A stretch of DNA of 14,173 bases from Bdellovibrionia bacterium (GTDB lineage Bacteria; Bdellovibrionota; UBA1018). The notes under the pieces were generated by a model. It did no database searches. It worked only from the letters and a program-made list of their open reading frames with translations, and was not told where the DNA came from. A program made the position numbers and the translations under genes. The stretch is taken from the NCBI GenBank assembly GCA_045805065.1, contig JBJMMA010000013.1, forward strand, positions 1-14,173. The letters are read 5' to 3'. Position 1 is the first letter of the stretch. The number at the start of each line of letters is the position of its first letter. Below are positions 1 through 8,547 of the stretch, in pieces.

Positions 1-77
1 CGCGTTCACTCGGGAATGATACTGAGAGCACCGATTGGACCTCGATAACAAGGCTCTCATGATTGAGGAGAACCCCT

Positions 78-779
78 ATGTCTACGACGTTTAAGAAAGC
101 CTTTGAAATGAAAAACTTGATGATGACTGCAGCCGTTGGTGCTTTGATGCTTCCATCTCTCGGATGGAGTGCGGCAGATGGTCGCGGCCACAACGGTCCT
201 AACCTTGCGCCGACTTCGATTCCCGTTTCTCTGGATCATGGAATTAGTGCGGGTAAAGTCCAACAAGCAATGACGGTTTGTTTCACAACTGGCGATTCCA
301 AAGCAGGCATTGTTTCAGTACTTCACCGCCTTGCAGACGAAATTACCGGAGGTCATGGGGGCTCGTCTGATTATACGTACTATGGAACCGCTGAGGAATA
401 TGGATCGTCCAAGGCTTTCTATAGCAAAGGTTACATTTACCATGCCTTGGAGACGACAGGTTATGGTTCATTTCGTTTCTATCCTAAACTTGAACTTCAT
501 GACACGGAGGATTCAGGAACAGTGACTCTGCAACTTCCCGCGGTCCTTCCGAGCGTAAGTTACCAATCTATAGTTCAAGACACGGGCTATGACGAGTATG
601 GAAGGGAATCTAAAAGTGATCGGATATTGATGGGCATATCGATTAACTTCGATCCATCTGTCTACGGAACGGCAGTCCGTTTGATCAACTCCAATACTCA
701 TGTAAAGTCTGCAATCACGGTCAACACTGTTGAGTACGTTGAATGCCTCAAGAACGAACTTCAAAGACGGGCAGAGTGA
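78..779 (+). CDS. Secreted hypothetical protein
   Basis: Long ORF (63..779 in the track). SD GAGGAG at 65-70 points to ATG 78; ATG 108 is an alternative. N-terminal signal-peptide-like segment (KNLMMTAAVGALMLPSLGWSA). No recognisable domain. Confidence 0.75.
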   Translation: MSTTFKKAFEMKNLMMTAAVGALMLPSLGWSAADGRGHNGPNLAPTSIPVSLDHGISAGKVQQAMTVCFTTGDSKAGIVSVLHRLADEITGGHGGSSDYTYYGTAEEYGSSKAFYSKGYIYHALETTGYGSFRFYPKLELHDTEDSGTVTLQLPAVLPSVSYQSIVQDTGYDEYGRESKSDRILMGISINFDPSVYGTAVRLINSNTHVKSAITVNTVEYVECLKNELQRRAE

Positions 780-787
780 TATTTAAA

Positions 788-1807
788 ATGTGGAGGGAGA
801 TTCAAGCGGTCTCCCTTCTTTATTTATTTTTCTTTGTGGGAATGGGTCAGGCCTTTGCCTCTCGAGGCGAATGTAGCCTAACACCTCTTTCAAGCTGGAT
901 TAACGTTAAAGCACAGCCACCCGTTGAGCCTGGAAGTATCAAGGCTTTTTCACAATGGGAGCAAAGAGAGTACGACGCGCGAGTCGAATCTTCGCGCGAA
1001 GTCTACCGTGAATATTTTTCTGGTCAATTAGACACTCAATCACTCGGCCAATGTTTGAGTGCACAACCTGATCGTGGGATGTTCTACGCCACTCTTCAGT
1101 CCGTTTTCTTCGATCAAAGCATTGAAAAGCTTCGCTCTTCAAAAAGCCCTGCCATTCGGAATTTCCTGCATTTGATAGATGCAAAGTATCCCGATCTCTC
1201 GCGAGCAATGTTTCGTATCACTGGACACTTTAAAGAGGCTTCGCCAACGGATTTGAAGGGCGGCTTTCACCGCGCAACAGGTTCCATATTTATGGACTTC
1301 GATCGCGTCACGCCGTCGGAATGGCTTGTAATTTTTTGCCATGAGCTTTTGCACAGTTTAGATGAGAAGCTTTGGGAAGCCGTTCGAGCTTACTCGCAGC
1401 CTGAATTAGTGAAATCTTTTGCAGAGTGGTCAAACGACATCGGTGATGTCTCGCAGCTTTCGCGCGATCAAAAGCAGTCTCTGACCAGCTGGATTGATGC
1501 GGGATTGGGACGCGGACTGTGGGCGGAGTATCGTGCCTGGGTTCCAACTTTTCAAATCTATCTGCAAGGAAAGTCAGAAGGCCTCTGGCCTGAGATTGAT
1601 TGGATGGAAACTGTTCTCGAAAGCCGCAAGCAAGGTGAGACCTTCGAGCGTTCTCTCTACAGTTATATCGACGAACATTCGGCTGATCCGACGGATGGGA
1701 TTTTTTCTCGGCCTTTGATTCAAAGCGCTCTCAGGTCGGAGCGGGCTAAAGTTAGAAACGCGAAAGCAGCGCTTCCTGAGCTCGGAAGTTTAGGGTCCGT
1801 TCGGTAA
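788..1807 (+). CDS. Secreted hypothetical protein with HEXXH (HELLH) putative zinc-metallopeptidase motif
   Basis: ATG 788 lies 8 nt after the upstream stop. Hydrophobic signal peptide ending AFA. Contains FCHELLHSLD and a downstream WAEYRAW Glu as candidate third ligand. Confidence 0.7.
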   Translation: MWREIQAVSLLYLFFFVGMGQAFASRGECSLTPLSSWINVKAQPPVEPGSIKAFSQWEQREYDARVESSREVYREYFSGQLDTQSLGQCLSAQPDRGMFYATLQSVFFDQSIEKLRSSKSPAIRNFLHLIDAKYPDLSRAMFRITGHFKEASPTDLKGGFHRATGSIFMDFDRVTPSEWLVIFCHELLHSLDEKLWEAVRAYSQPELVKSFAEWSNDIGDVSQLSRDQKQSLTSWIDAGLGRGLWAEYRAWVPTFQIYLQGKSEGLWPEIDWMETVLESRKQGETFERSLYSYIDEHSADPTDGIFSRPLIQSALRSERAKVRNAKAALPELGSLGSVR

Positions 1808-1811
1808 CTCA

Positions 1812-2213
1812 ATGAAGACTAAAACGAAAACTCCACGGCCATTTGAATTCGTATTGGACGAACTTGCGGACTTGGATCCGATCACCAAGCCAATGTTCGG
1901 AGCAATTGGTGTTTACGTTCGCGATGCGATTGTTTTGATACTTCGTGATCGCCCCAAGTCTCCTAGCGATAATGGAGTTTGGCTTGCGACGACTGCCGAA
2001 CATCACGCGTCGCTTAAAAAAGATTTTCCGAGCATGCGCTCGATCGAAGTCTTTGGCCCTGGTCCTACAGGCTGGCAGGTTCTTCCAAGTGATGTGGATG
2101 ACTTTGAAGAATCAGCGATTCGTGCTTGCGAACTCATCAAAAAAAGCGACCCTCGGATCGGAAAAATTCCCAAACCCAAGAGTCGCTCCAAAAAGTCTGC
2201 TCGGTCAAAATAG
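1812..2213 (+). CDS. TfoX/Sxy N-terminal-domain-like protein
   Basis: FVLDEL...TKPMFGAIGVY matches the (K/R)xMFGxxGxY signature of TfoX-N proteins. Basic C-terminal tail. Starts 4 nt after the upstream stop. Confidence 0.65.
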   Translation: MKTKTKTPRPFEFVLDELADLDPITKPMFGAIGVYVRDAIVLILRDRPKSPSDNGVWLATTAEHHASLKKDFPSMRSIEVFGPGPTGWQVLPSDVDDFEESAIRACELIKKSDPRIGKIPKPKSRSKKSARSK

Positions 2214-2214
2214 G

Positions 2215-2982
2215 TTACATCTCGCCTTGCATGACGGCAAACACAGCGCCTTGTGGATCAGCGATGATCGCAAACGTTCCGATGTTTGGAATTTTGGTTG
2301 GCTCTTTGTGGACCTTTCCACCAAGCTTCACGGCCTTTTGCGCGAAATCCACGCAGTTCTCGACGATGAAGTAGGTGATCCAGGCATTGGGAGCGCCCGG
2401 AACGGTGATCATTCCACCGATGCCGTCTTCGTCTTTTTTAATCAATGTGTACGCGGCGTGAAAAGTCGACGTATCAATGGACCAACCAAATACGGTTGAA
2501 TAGAACTTTCCGGCGATGTCCTGATTTTGCGTCATGAGCTCGCGCCAGCAAACAGAGCCCGGAACTTCCTGAATGCCTGCACCAGCGAAACGCTTGGCTT
2601 GCCAGAGTCCAAAGACGGCGCCGGTTGGGTCCTGCACAATGCTCATTCGGCCATGTTCCATGACATCAAAGGGCATCGCATGGGCACGGCCTCCGGCAGC
2701 TTGAACTTTTCTTACTGCCTCATCGACGTTTTCCACCGACACATACGCCATCCAGTTGGAGGGGATTCCTTGCTCTCTTTGATCCTTCATCATGGAGTAG
2801 AGTGCGGAGACTGCTCTGCCATCGATGAAAAACATCGTGTAGGTTTCGCCGCCACCGATGGGACGCTCCTGCGCTTCCCAGCCAAAGAGGCTTGTGTAGA
2901 ATTTTGTCGCGGCTTTTTGGTCGGTGCTTACGAGCTCGGTCCAGCAGAAGGTGTTGGGTTCGTGTCTTGAGACGTCCGTCAT
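2215..2982 (-). CDS. Two-domain VOC family (glyoxalase/bleomycin-resistance, Cfp32/Rv0577-like) protein
   Basis: Two repeats: FCWTELVSTDQKAATKFYTSLFGW...DPTGAVFGLWQ and VCWRELMTQNQDIAGKFYSTVFGW...DPQGAVFAVMQ. SD AGGGAGA upstream on the minus strand. Confidence 0.92.
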   Translation of the reverse strand: MTDVSRHEPNTFCWTELVSTDQKAATKFYTSLFGWEAQERPIGGGETYTMFFIDGRAVSALYSMMKDQREQGIPSNWMAYVSVENVDEAVRKVQAAGGRAHAMPFDVMEHGRMSIVQDPTGAVFGLWQAKRFAGAGIQEVPGSVCWRELMTQNQDIAGKFYSTVFGWSIDTSTFHAAYTLIKKDEDGIGGMITVPGAPNAWITYFIVENCVDFAQKAVKLGGKVHKEPTKIPNIGTFAIIADPQGAVFAVMQGEM

Positions 2983-3279
2983 GGCGATTCTCCCTGTGTC
3001 AGAGTAAAGGTTGGAGTTTAGCTGCTAAGGGGTTCGAGCTGGGCTGTCTGGTCAGATTAGCTCGCTCCTTCAGCAGCGTCCACGCCAATTGCCGCTTTTA
3101 AAGGAGCGTATCGCCCTGTTTAAGAGCGTCGTTAGAAGGTCGCGTGCTTGTTATAAAATTAAGTCAATTCAATGACTTAAATGCAATATCTTTACTGGTA
3201 TCGCGAAGTACGATATGATATGTCGTATATAGATTCGATATTGCAGATAAAACATCCCGGAAGGGGCTATTAGCTGTTG

Positions 3280-3304
3280 ATATCGGACCTAGTTCGTCGT
3301 AGAT
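3280..3304 (+). promoter_or_regulatory. IscR type-1-like Rrf2 operator overlapping a candidate sigma70 promoter of the isc operon
   Basis: ATA-TCG-GAC-CTAGTTC-GTC-GTA-GAT fits the ATA-N3-GAC-N7-GTC-N3-TAT geometry of IscR type-1 sites. It overlaps TTGATA(3277-3282)-N17-TAGATC(3300-3305) and ends 28 nt before the Rrf2 start. Confidence 0.55.
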
Positions 3305-3332
3305 CAAGCCAAACCTTAAAAGAGTAGTTGTT

Positions 3333-3872
3333 GTGATTAAACTGAACCGGACCACCGAATACGGCCTGATGGCGCTGCGGCATATGAGCCGTAAGACCCA
3401 GCACAGCCTTCAGAGTGCGACCAGCTGCGAAGTGACAAGCGCGAGAGAAATCGCTGAGTCCTACGGGCTTCCGTTTGAGATCACGGCAAAGACTCTTCAA
3501 CGTTTGAAAGATACGGGACTCATTCAATCCGCGCAGGGCGCTCGCGGTGGGTACACTTTGAAGCGCTCACTGACTGAGATCAATCTGGCTGAGTTTCTTC
3601 AGCTGATGGAAGGTCCTCAGGCAGTTGTCGCCTGCGCAACCACAGGCGAGCTTGCAGTGGTGACGCCGCCAACGACTGGCTGCGGCTGCGAGTATAGACC
3701 GAAATGCGACATTAAGTCTGTGATGGGTGATTTGAACGCGCGAGTGCTGGGATTTTTGTCAGGAATCCGCCTTGCCGAGTTGGTCGAGAGCCAACAGCAG
3801 CCACAGCAACAAGTTTTTAGACAGGGAAATGAACATGAACGGAAAAGTGAAACTTCCAATTTATCTCGATAA
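3333..3872 (+). CDS. iscR: Rrf2 family Fe-S cluster assembly transcriptional regulator (IscR-like)
   Basis: Rrf2 wHTH ([35 protein letters not shown]), C-terminal Cys cluster, first gene of the isc operon. GTG start. Confidence 0.85.
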   Translation: MIKLNRTTEYGLMALRHMSRKTQHSLQSATSCEVTSAREIAESYGLPFEITAKTLQRLKDTGLIQSAQGARGGYTLKRSLTEINLAEFLQLMEGPQAVVACATTGELAVVTPPTTGCGCEYRPKCDIKSVMGDLNARVLGFLSGIRLAELVESQQQPQQQVFRQGNEHERKSETSNLSR

Positions 3873-5061
3873 TCACGCGACCACTCCGATGGACCCCGAA
3901 GTCCTTCAGACGATGCTGCCGTATTTCACGGACGTCTTCGGAAACGCTGCAAGCCGCAACCACGAGTTCGGCTGGACGGCTGAGGCTGCAGTCGAAAAGG
4001 CTCGCTCTCAGATCGCAAAATTGATCGGTGCAACCGATAAAGAAATCATCTTCACGAGCGGCGCGACCGAGAGCGACAACCTCGCACTCCTGGGCGTTGC
4101 TGAGATGTATAAGGAGAAGGGACGTCACATCATCACTTCTCCAATCGAGCACAAGGCAATCCTGGATGCTTGTCATCACCTGGAGACCAAGGGTTTCACG
4201 ATCACTCAAGTGCCAGTCGACAAGTACGGAATGGTGACGCCGGAAGCAGTCAAAGCTGCGATCCGCCCAGACACGATTCTCGTCTCTGTCATGGCCGCGA
4301 ACAACGAAATCGGCACGATCAACCCAGTCGCTGAGATTGGCAAAGTCTGCCGCGATCACGGCGTGTTCTTCCACACTGACGCAGTTCAGGCCCTTGGGAA
4401 AGTCGAGATCAACGTCGATAAGATGAACATCGATCTTCTCTCGATTTCCGCTCACAAGATTTACGGACCAAAAGGTATCGGCGCTCTGTATGTTCGCCGC
4501 AAGAACCCACGCGTTCGCTTGAGCCCGATCATTCACGGTGGTGGCCATGAGCGCGGTATGCGTTCGGGAACGCTCAACGTGACGGGCATTGTCGGTTTCG
4601 GCAAGGCTTGCGAGCTTGCGCAAAAGAACATGGCATCTGAAGTGGAGCGCATCAAGAAGCTTCGCGACAAGCTCTGGGACGGAATTCGCTCCCAGCTCGA
4701 CGAAGTCTACTTGAACGGCCATCCAACGGAACGCCTGTCAAACAACCTCAATGTGAGCTTTGCTTTCGTGGAAGGTGAGTCGCTCATGATGGGCATGAAG
4801 GAGCTCGCTGTTTCCAGCGGTTCTGCATGTACCTCGGCGTCACTCGAACCTTCCTACGTCTTGAAGTCGATCGGCGTCGGTGAAGATCTTGCACATACGA
4901 GCATTCGCTTTGGTTTGGGCCGCTTCACGACCGAAGAAGAGATCGATTTCACGATCGACAAGGTTGTCACCACGGTGAAGAAACTCAGAGATTTGTCGCC
5001 TCTCTATGAAATGTTCAAAGAAGGCATCGATTTGAAATCCGTCCAGTGGACGGCGCACTAA
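3835..5061 (+). CDS. iscS: Cysteine desulfurase IscS
   Basis: [21 protein letters not shown]-lysine [10 protein letters not shown], catalytic SSGSACTS, IscS-type C-terminus [20 protein letters not shown] at 3823-3827 favours ATG 3835 (3829 alternative). Confidence 0.97.
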   Translation: MNGKVKLPIYLDNHATTPMDPEVLQTMLPYFTDVFGNAASRNHEFGWTAEAAVEKARSQIAKLIGATDKEIIFTSGATESDNLALLGVAEMYKEKGRHIITSPIEHKAILDACHHLETKGFTITQVPVDKYGMVTPEAVKAAIRPDTILVSVMAANNEIGTINPVAEIGKVCRDHGVFFHTDAVQALGKVEINVDKMNIDLLSISAHKIYGPKGIGALYVRRKNPRVRLSPIIHGGGHERGMRSGTLNVTGIVGFGKACELAQKNMASEVERIKKLRDKLWDGIRSQLDEVYLNGHPTERLSNNLNVSFAFVEGESLMMGMKELAVSSGSACTSASLEPSYVLKSIGVGEDLAHTSIRFGLGRFTTEEEIDFTIDKVVTTVKKLRDLSPLYEMFKEGIDLKSVQWTAH

Positions 5062-5098
5062 TAGGTTCATTTAAAAGTTAGCGCAGGAGATCAGTACA

Positions 5099-5488
5099 AT
5101 GGCATACACTAATAAAGTCGTACAAGAATTTGAAAACGCCAAGAACGTGGGCTCGCTCGACAAGAACCAGCCAAACGTCGGTACCGGATTGGTCGGCGCA
5201 CCTGAGTGCGGCGACGTCATGAAGCTTCAGGTTGAAGTGGATGACGCAACCGGTGTGATCAAGGACGCAAAGTTCAAGACGTTCGGTTGCGGAAGCGCGA
5301 TCGCAAGCTCTTCTCTCGCGACCGAGTGGATCAAGGGCAAGACGATTGAGCAAGCGCTCGCAATCAAGAATACGGATATTGTTGAAGAGCTGTCGCTTCC
5401 TCCGATCAAGATTCACTGCTCCGTTCTGGCAGAAGATGCGATCAAGGCTGCGATCGGCGACTATCTTAAGAAAAAGGAGAATCGCTAA
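5099..5488 (+). CDS. iscU: Fe-S cluster scaffold IscU
   Basis: GAPECGDVMKLQ, FKTFGCGSAIASSS, LPPIKIHCSVLAEDA. SD AGGAGA. Confidence 0.97.
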   Translation: MAYTNKVVQEFENAKNVGSLDKNQPNVGTGLVGAPECGDVMKLQVEVDDATGVIKDAKFKTFGCGSAIASSSLATEWIKGKTIEQALAIKNTDIVEELSLPPIKIHCSVLAEDAIKAAIGDYLKKKENR

Positions 5489-5490
5489 CT

Positions 5491-5826
5491 ATGAGCATGA
5501 TTACCGTTACTGAAAAAGCAGTCAGCGAGATCAAGCGCATTCAGGCCAATGATCCTACCGCGAAAGACACCGCTCTTCGCGTGATGGTGGTTGGCGGCGG
5601 ATGCTCTGGGATGAGCTATAAGCTGGGATTTGATAATCAGCCAGCTGCTGCAAACGACAAAGTTTACGAGAAAGACGGCGTCAAGATCATCATCGATCCG
5701 AAGTCGTTTCTTTATCTTTCGGGCACCGAGCTTGATTTCACGGATGGACTGAACGGCACGGGTTTCGTTTTCAAAAACCCAAACGCAAAGCGTACCTGTG
5801 GCTGCGGTTCCAGTTTCTCCGCCTAA
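5491..5826 (+). CDS. iscA: A-type Fe-S carrier IscA (HesB family)
   Basis: GGGCSGMSY, GFVFKNPNAKRTCGCGSSF. Position in operon. Confidence 0.95.
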   Translation: MSMITVTEKAVSEIKRIQANDPTAKDTALRVMVVGGGCSGMSYKLGFDNQPAAANDKVYEKDGVKIIIDPKSFLYLSGTELDFTDGLNGTGFVFKNPNAKRTCGCGSSFSA

Positions 5827-6376
5827 TTACTTCTCCGCATTGGGCGTAAAGCGGCGGTTTGGCCAGAACAAGGCCGACCTCGAAAGCCGTTTTTATAGGC
5901 TCTCGCGTGAGCTTCACCCGGATCGCTTTGCGACGGGTAGCGCCGACGAGCGCCGTCAGGCGTTGGAGAAGATGAGTCTGGTGAATGAGGCGTACGGAGC
6001 CCTGAAGGATCCGGTACGACTTCGAGATTATTTTCTGAAGCTGGTGGGCGTTGGTGGCGATGCCAAGGCGCAGATTCCGGTTGAGCTTGCAGAGAGCTGG
6101 TTTGAGCTTCAGGAAGTCCTGATGGAAGATCCAGTCGAAGGACAGCAAAAGGTTGAGGCTTTCAAGGCCGAGCTTTTGGATCTGAAAGAGAAGAAGCAGC
6201 AGGATATCCAGGCGCTTGAGACTGGCATTGATTGCAAGCTCGACGAGACAAGCGATGACGTCGCTGCTGCGATGCCTCTTTTTCAAAAACTTGCGACGCT
6301 GGTCCGAGATCTGAATTATCTCGATTCGATGGAAAGGGACGTGGAGCGTATCCGCGGCAAGCGTAATGTCGGTTGA
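5798..6376 (+). CDS. hscB: J-domain co-chaperone HscB (start uncertain)
   Basis: NYFSALG, LHPDRF, VNEAYGALKDPVRLRDYFL. Lies between iscA and hscA. The only in-frame start upstream of the J-domain is GTG 5798 inside iscA. Confidence 0.9.
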   Translation: MAAVPVSPPNYFSALGVKRRFGQNKADLESRFYRLSRELHPDRFATGSADERRQALEKMSLVNEAYGALKDPVRLRDYFLKLVGVGGDAKAQIPVELAESWFELQEVLMEDPVEGQQKVEAFKAELLDLKEKKQQDIQALETGIDCKLDETSDDVAAAMPLFQKLATLVRDLNYLDSMERDVERIRGKRNVG

Positions 6377-8237
6377 ACTAGGACAGCAGAAGCGGACCGA
6401 TCCGATTATCGGAATCGACCTTGGAACGACGAACAGCCTGGTCGCCTTTGTGCGCGACGGGAAACCTGACGTATTGCGCTCGCGCGAAGGCAAGCGCCTG
6501 GTCCCATCGGTTGTTTCGTTTATCGATGAGTGCCCGGTTGTAGGTTACGCCGCAAAACATAAGAAAGTTCGCGATGCAAGCCACACGGTTTTCTCCGTCA
6601 AGCGCCTGCTGGGTCGTGGCTTTGAAGATCTGAAAGATTCCAACTCCAAGCTTCCTTACGAAATCGTTGCAGGTGAAGGCCAAGGGGGCGGATTAATTCG
6701 CGTGAAAGTAGGCGAGCGCACCTTTACCGCTATTGAGATTTCCGCGATGATTTTACGCGAGCTCAAGGCCAGCGCTGAACAGGCTCTGGGCACTTCGGTG
6801 TCTCGCGCTGTGATCACGGTTCCAGCGTACTTCAACGATAGCCAAAGACAGGCCACTCGCGCTGCAGGACGCCTTGCGGGCCTTGATGTTCTGAGAATCA
6901 TCAATGAGCCTACGGCTGCGTCCCTGGCCTATGGCTTGGATCGCAAGAAACAAGGGCTGATCGCAGTTTATGACCTGGGCGGCGGAACTTTCGATCTTTC
7001 CATCTTGAAGCTTCATGATGGAATCTTTGAAGTGCTTGCAACCCATGGCGATACGGCCCTGGGTGGAGATGATCTCGACCAGGCCATTGCTCGTGTCACT
7101 GCGGATGAGATTCACAAGAAGACCGGTTTTGATCCTCGCCAGGATATCCACGCCTGGGCGTCAGTTCTTGAAGCCGCTGAATTGACCAAGATCACTTTGT
7201 CCGAGCAATCTCACGCTACATTGGAAGTCGATCTTCCAAATGGCGAAAAGTATCGCCGTGAGTGGACGATCGAAGAGTTTGAAAAATGGGCGCGCCCGAT
7301 TCTCGAGCGCACTCGTGAGCCATGTCTTCAGGCACTGAAAGACGCAGGCATCAGCCGCGAAGAGCTTTCTGACGTCGTGATGGTGGGTGGCCCTACGCGC
7401 CTAAAGATCACGCAAAAAGTGGCCGAAGAGATTTTTGCTCGCAAGCCCAACACATCCGTTCATCCGGATGAAGTCGTGGCAACGGGCGCGGCGATTCAGG
7501 CCGACATTCTGGCCGGTAACAATAAAGACTTCCTGCTTCTCGATGTCGTTCCGCTTTCTTTGGGACTTGAGACTTACGGGGGGTTGACCTCGCATCTCAT
7601 TCCAAGAAACACCCGAATCCCGACCGTGGCTCGCGAAGTCTTCACGACCTTTGCTGACAATCAGACGGCGGTCGATATCCATGTTCTTCAAGGTGAGCGT
7701 GAGAACGTTGCTGACAACCGCAGTCTTGCACGCTTCAAGCTCCGTAAGATCGAGCCGATGCCAGCAGGTCTTCCTCGCATCGAAGTGACTTTTTTGATTG
7801 ATGCCGACGGCATCTTGAATGTCGCTGCAAAAGATCTCAAGACCGGTAATGAGCAATCCGTTGAAGTCCGTCCAAGCTATGGTCTGACTGACGCTCAAGT
7901 GGAGCAGATGTTAGCGGATAGCAGTCAGAACGCCGAAGCCGATGTCGCATTCAGAAAACTCGTGGACGCGAAGAACGACGCTGAACCTGTGCTTCGTGCC
8001 GCAGAAAAGAACTTGCCTGAGGCTTTCCGCCTTTTGCCTGAAGCCGATGCTCATAAAATCGAAGAGCGCCTGAAGGCTATGCGCACCGCTATGGCAGGAA
8101 ATGATCCAGAAACGATTCGCCAATCTGCATATCTGCTTGATCAAGCGACCGTGAAGCTGGCAGAACTGATCGTGCGCGAAGCCGTGGTACAAAATTCGTC
8201 TAATCCTAACTCCCAAGAAAAATCTGAGAAGAAGTGA
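6366..8237 (+). CDS. hscA: Hsp70 family Fe-S chaperone HscA
   Basis: GIDLGTTNSLVA, TVPAYFND, YDLGGGTFD, LLLDVVPLSLGLET, VEVRPSYGL. Position in operon. Confidence 0.95.
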   Translation: MSVELGQQKRTDPIIGIDLGTTNSLVAFVRDGKPDVLRSREGKRLVPSVVSFIDECPVVGYAAKHKKVRDASHTVFSVKRLLGRGFEDLKDSNSKLPYEIVAGEGQGGGLIRVKVGERTFTAIEISAMILRELKASAEQALGTSVSRAVITVPAYFNDSQRQATRAAGRLAGLDVLRIINEPTAASLAYGLDRKKQGLIAVYDLGGGTFDLSILKLHDGIFEVLATHGDTALGGDDLDQAIARVTADEIHKKTGFDPRQDIHAWASVLEAAELTKITLSEQSHATLEVDLPNGEKYRREWTIEEFEKWARPILERTREPCLQALKDAGISREELSDVVMVGGPTRLKITQKVAEEIFARKPNTSVHPDEVVATGAAIQADILAGNNKDFLLLDVVPLSLGLETYGGLTSHLIPRNTRIPTVAREVFTTFADNQTAVDIHVLQGERENVADNRSLARFKLRKIEPMPAGLPRIEVTFLIDADGILNVAAKDLKTGNEQSVEVRPSYGLTDAQVEQMLADSSQNAEADVAFRKLVDAKNDAEPVLRAAEKNLPEAFRLLPEADAHKIEERLKAMRTAMAGNDPETIRQSAYLLDQATVKLAELIVREAVVQNSSNPNSQEKSEKK

Positions 8238-8244
8238 ACTTGAT

Positions 8245-8547
8245 ATGCCAAAAGTAACCTTTTTACCGATGAACGAAACTTACGAAGCAAAAGACGGCGA
8301 AAGCCTTCTGGATGTCGCGATCGCGCATGACGTTCCACTTCAGCATGCTTGCGGCGGCTTCTGTGCTTGCACGACGTGCCACGTTCACGTGAAGTCTGGC
8401 CTCGAAAATCTTTCTCAGTCTGAAGAAGACGAAGAAGAAAGACTCGATCGCGCAACGAACATCACGCTGCAATCTCGCCTCGGCTGCCAAGCCAAGATCC
8501 ATGGCGATGTTACGGTCGAAATCCAAAACATCGGCCACGGACATTAA
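8245..8547 (+). CDS. fdx: ISC-type [2Fe-2S] ferredoxin
   Basis: HACGGFCACTTCHV ... SRLGCQA adrenodoxin-type motif, directly after hscA. Confidence 0.95.
   Translation: MPKVTFLPMNETYEAKDGESLLDVAIAHDVPLQHACGGFCACTTCHVHVKSGLENLSQSEEDEEERLDRATNITLQSRLGCQAKIHGDVTVEIQNIGHGH

Noticed and set aside
23..59. 7-bp inverted repeat TGAGAGC/GCTCTCA upstream of the first gene
   Set aside because: Short stem with a 23-nt loop at the window edge; could be chance.
1945..2499. 184-aa plus-strand ORF spanning the TfoX-like and VOC genes
   Set aside because: Overlaps two better-supported genes; no motif or SD.
3772..3834. Track's extended N-terminus for iscS (TTG 3772)
   Set aside because: Lies deep within the Rrf2 gene; SD and homology favour ATG 3835.
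3817..4722. 301-aa minus-strand ORF antisense to iscS
   Set aside because: Shadow ORF expected from the codon bias of a conserved gene; no recognisable motifs.
5771..6493. 240-aa minus-strand ORF antisense to hscB/hscA, and other antisense ORFs within hscA
   Set aside because: Fully overlaps well-supported genes; no independent coding evidence.
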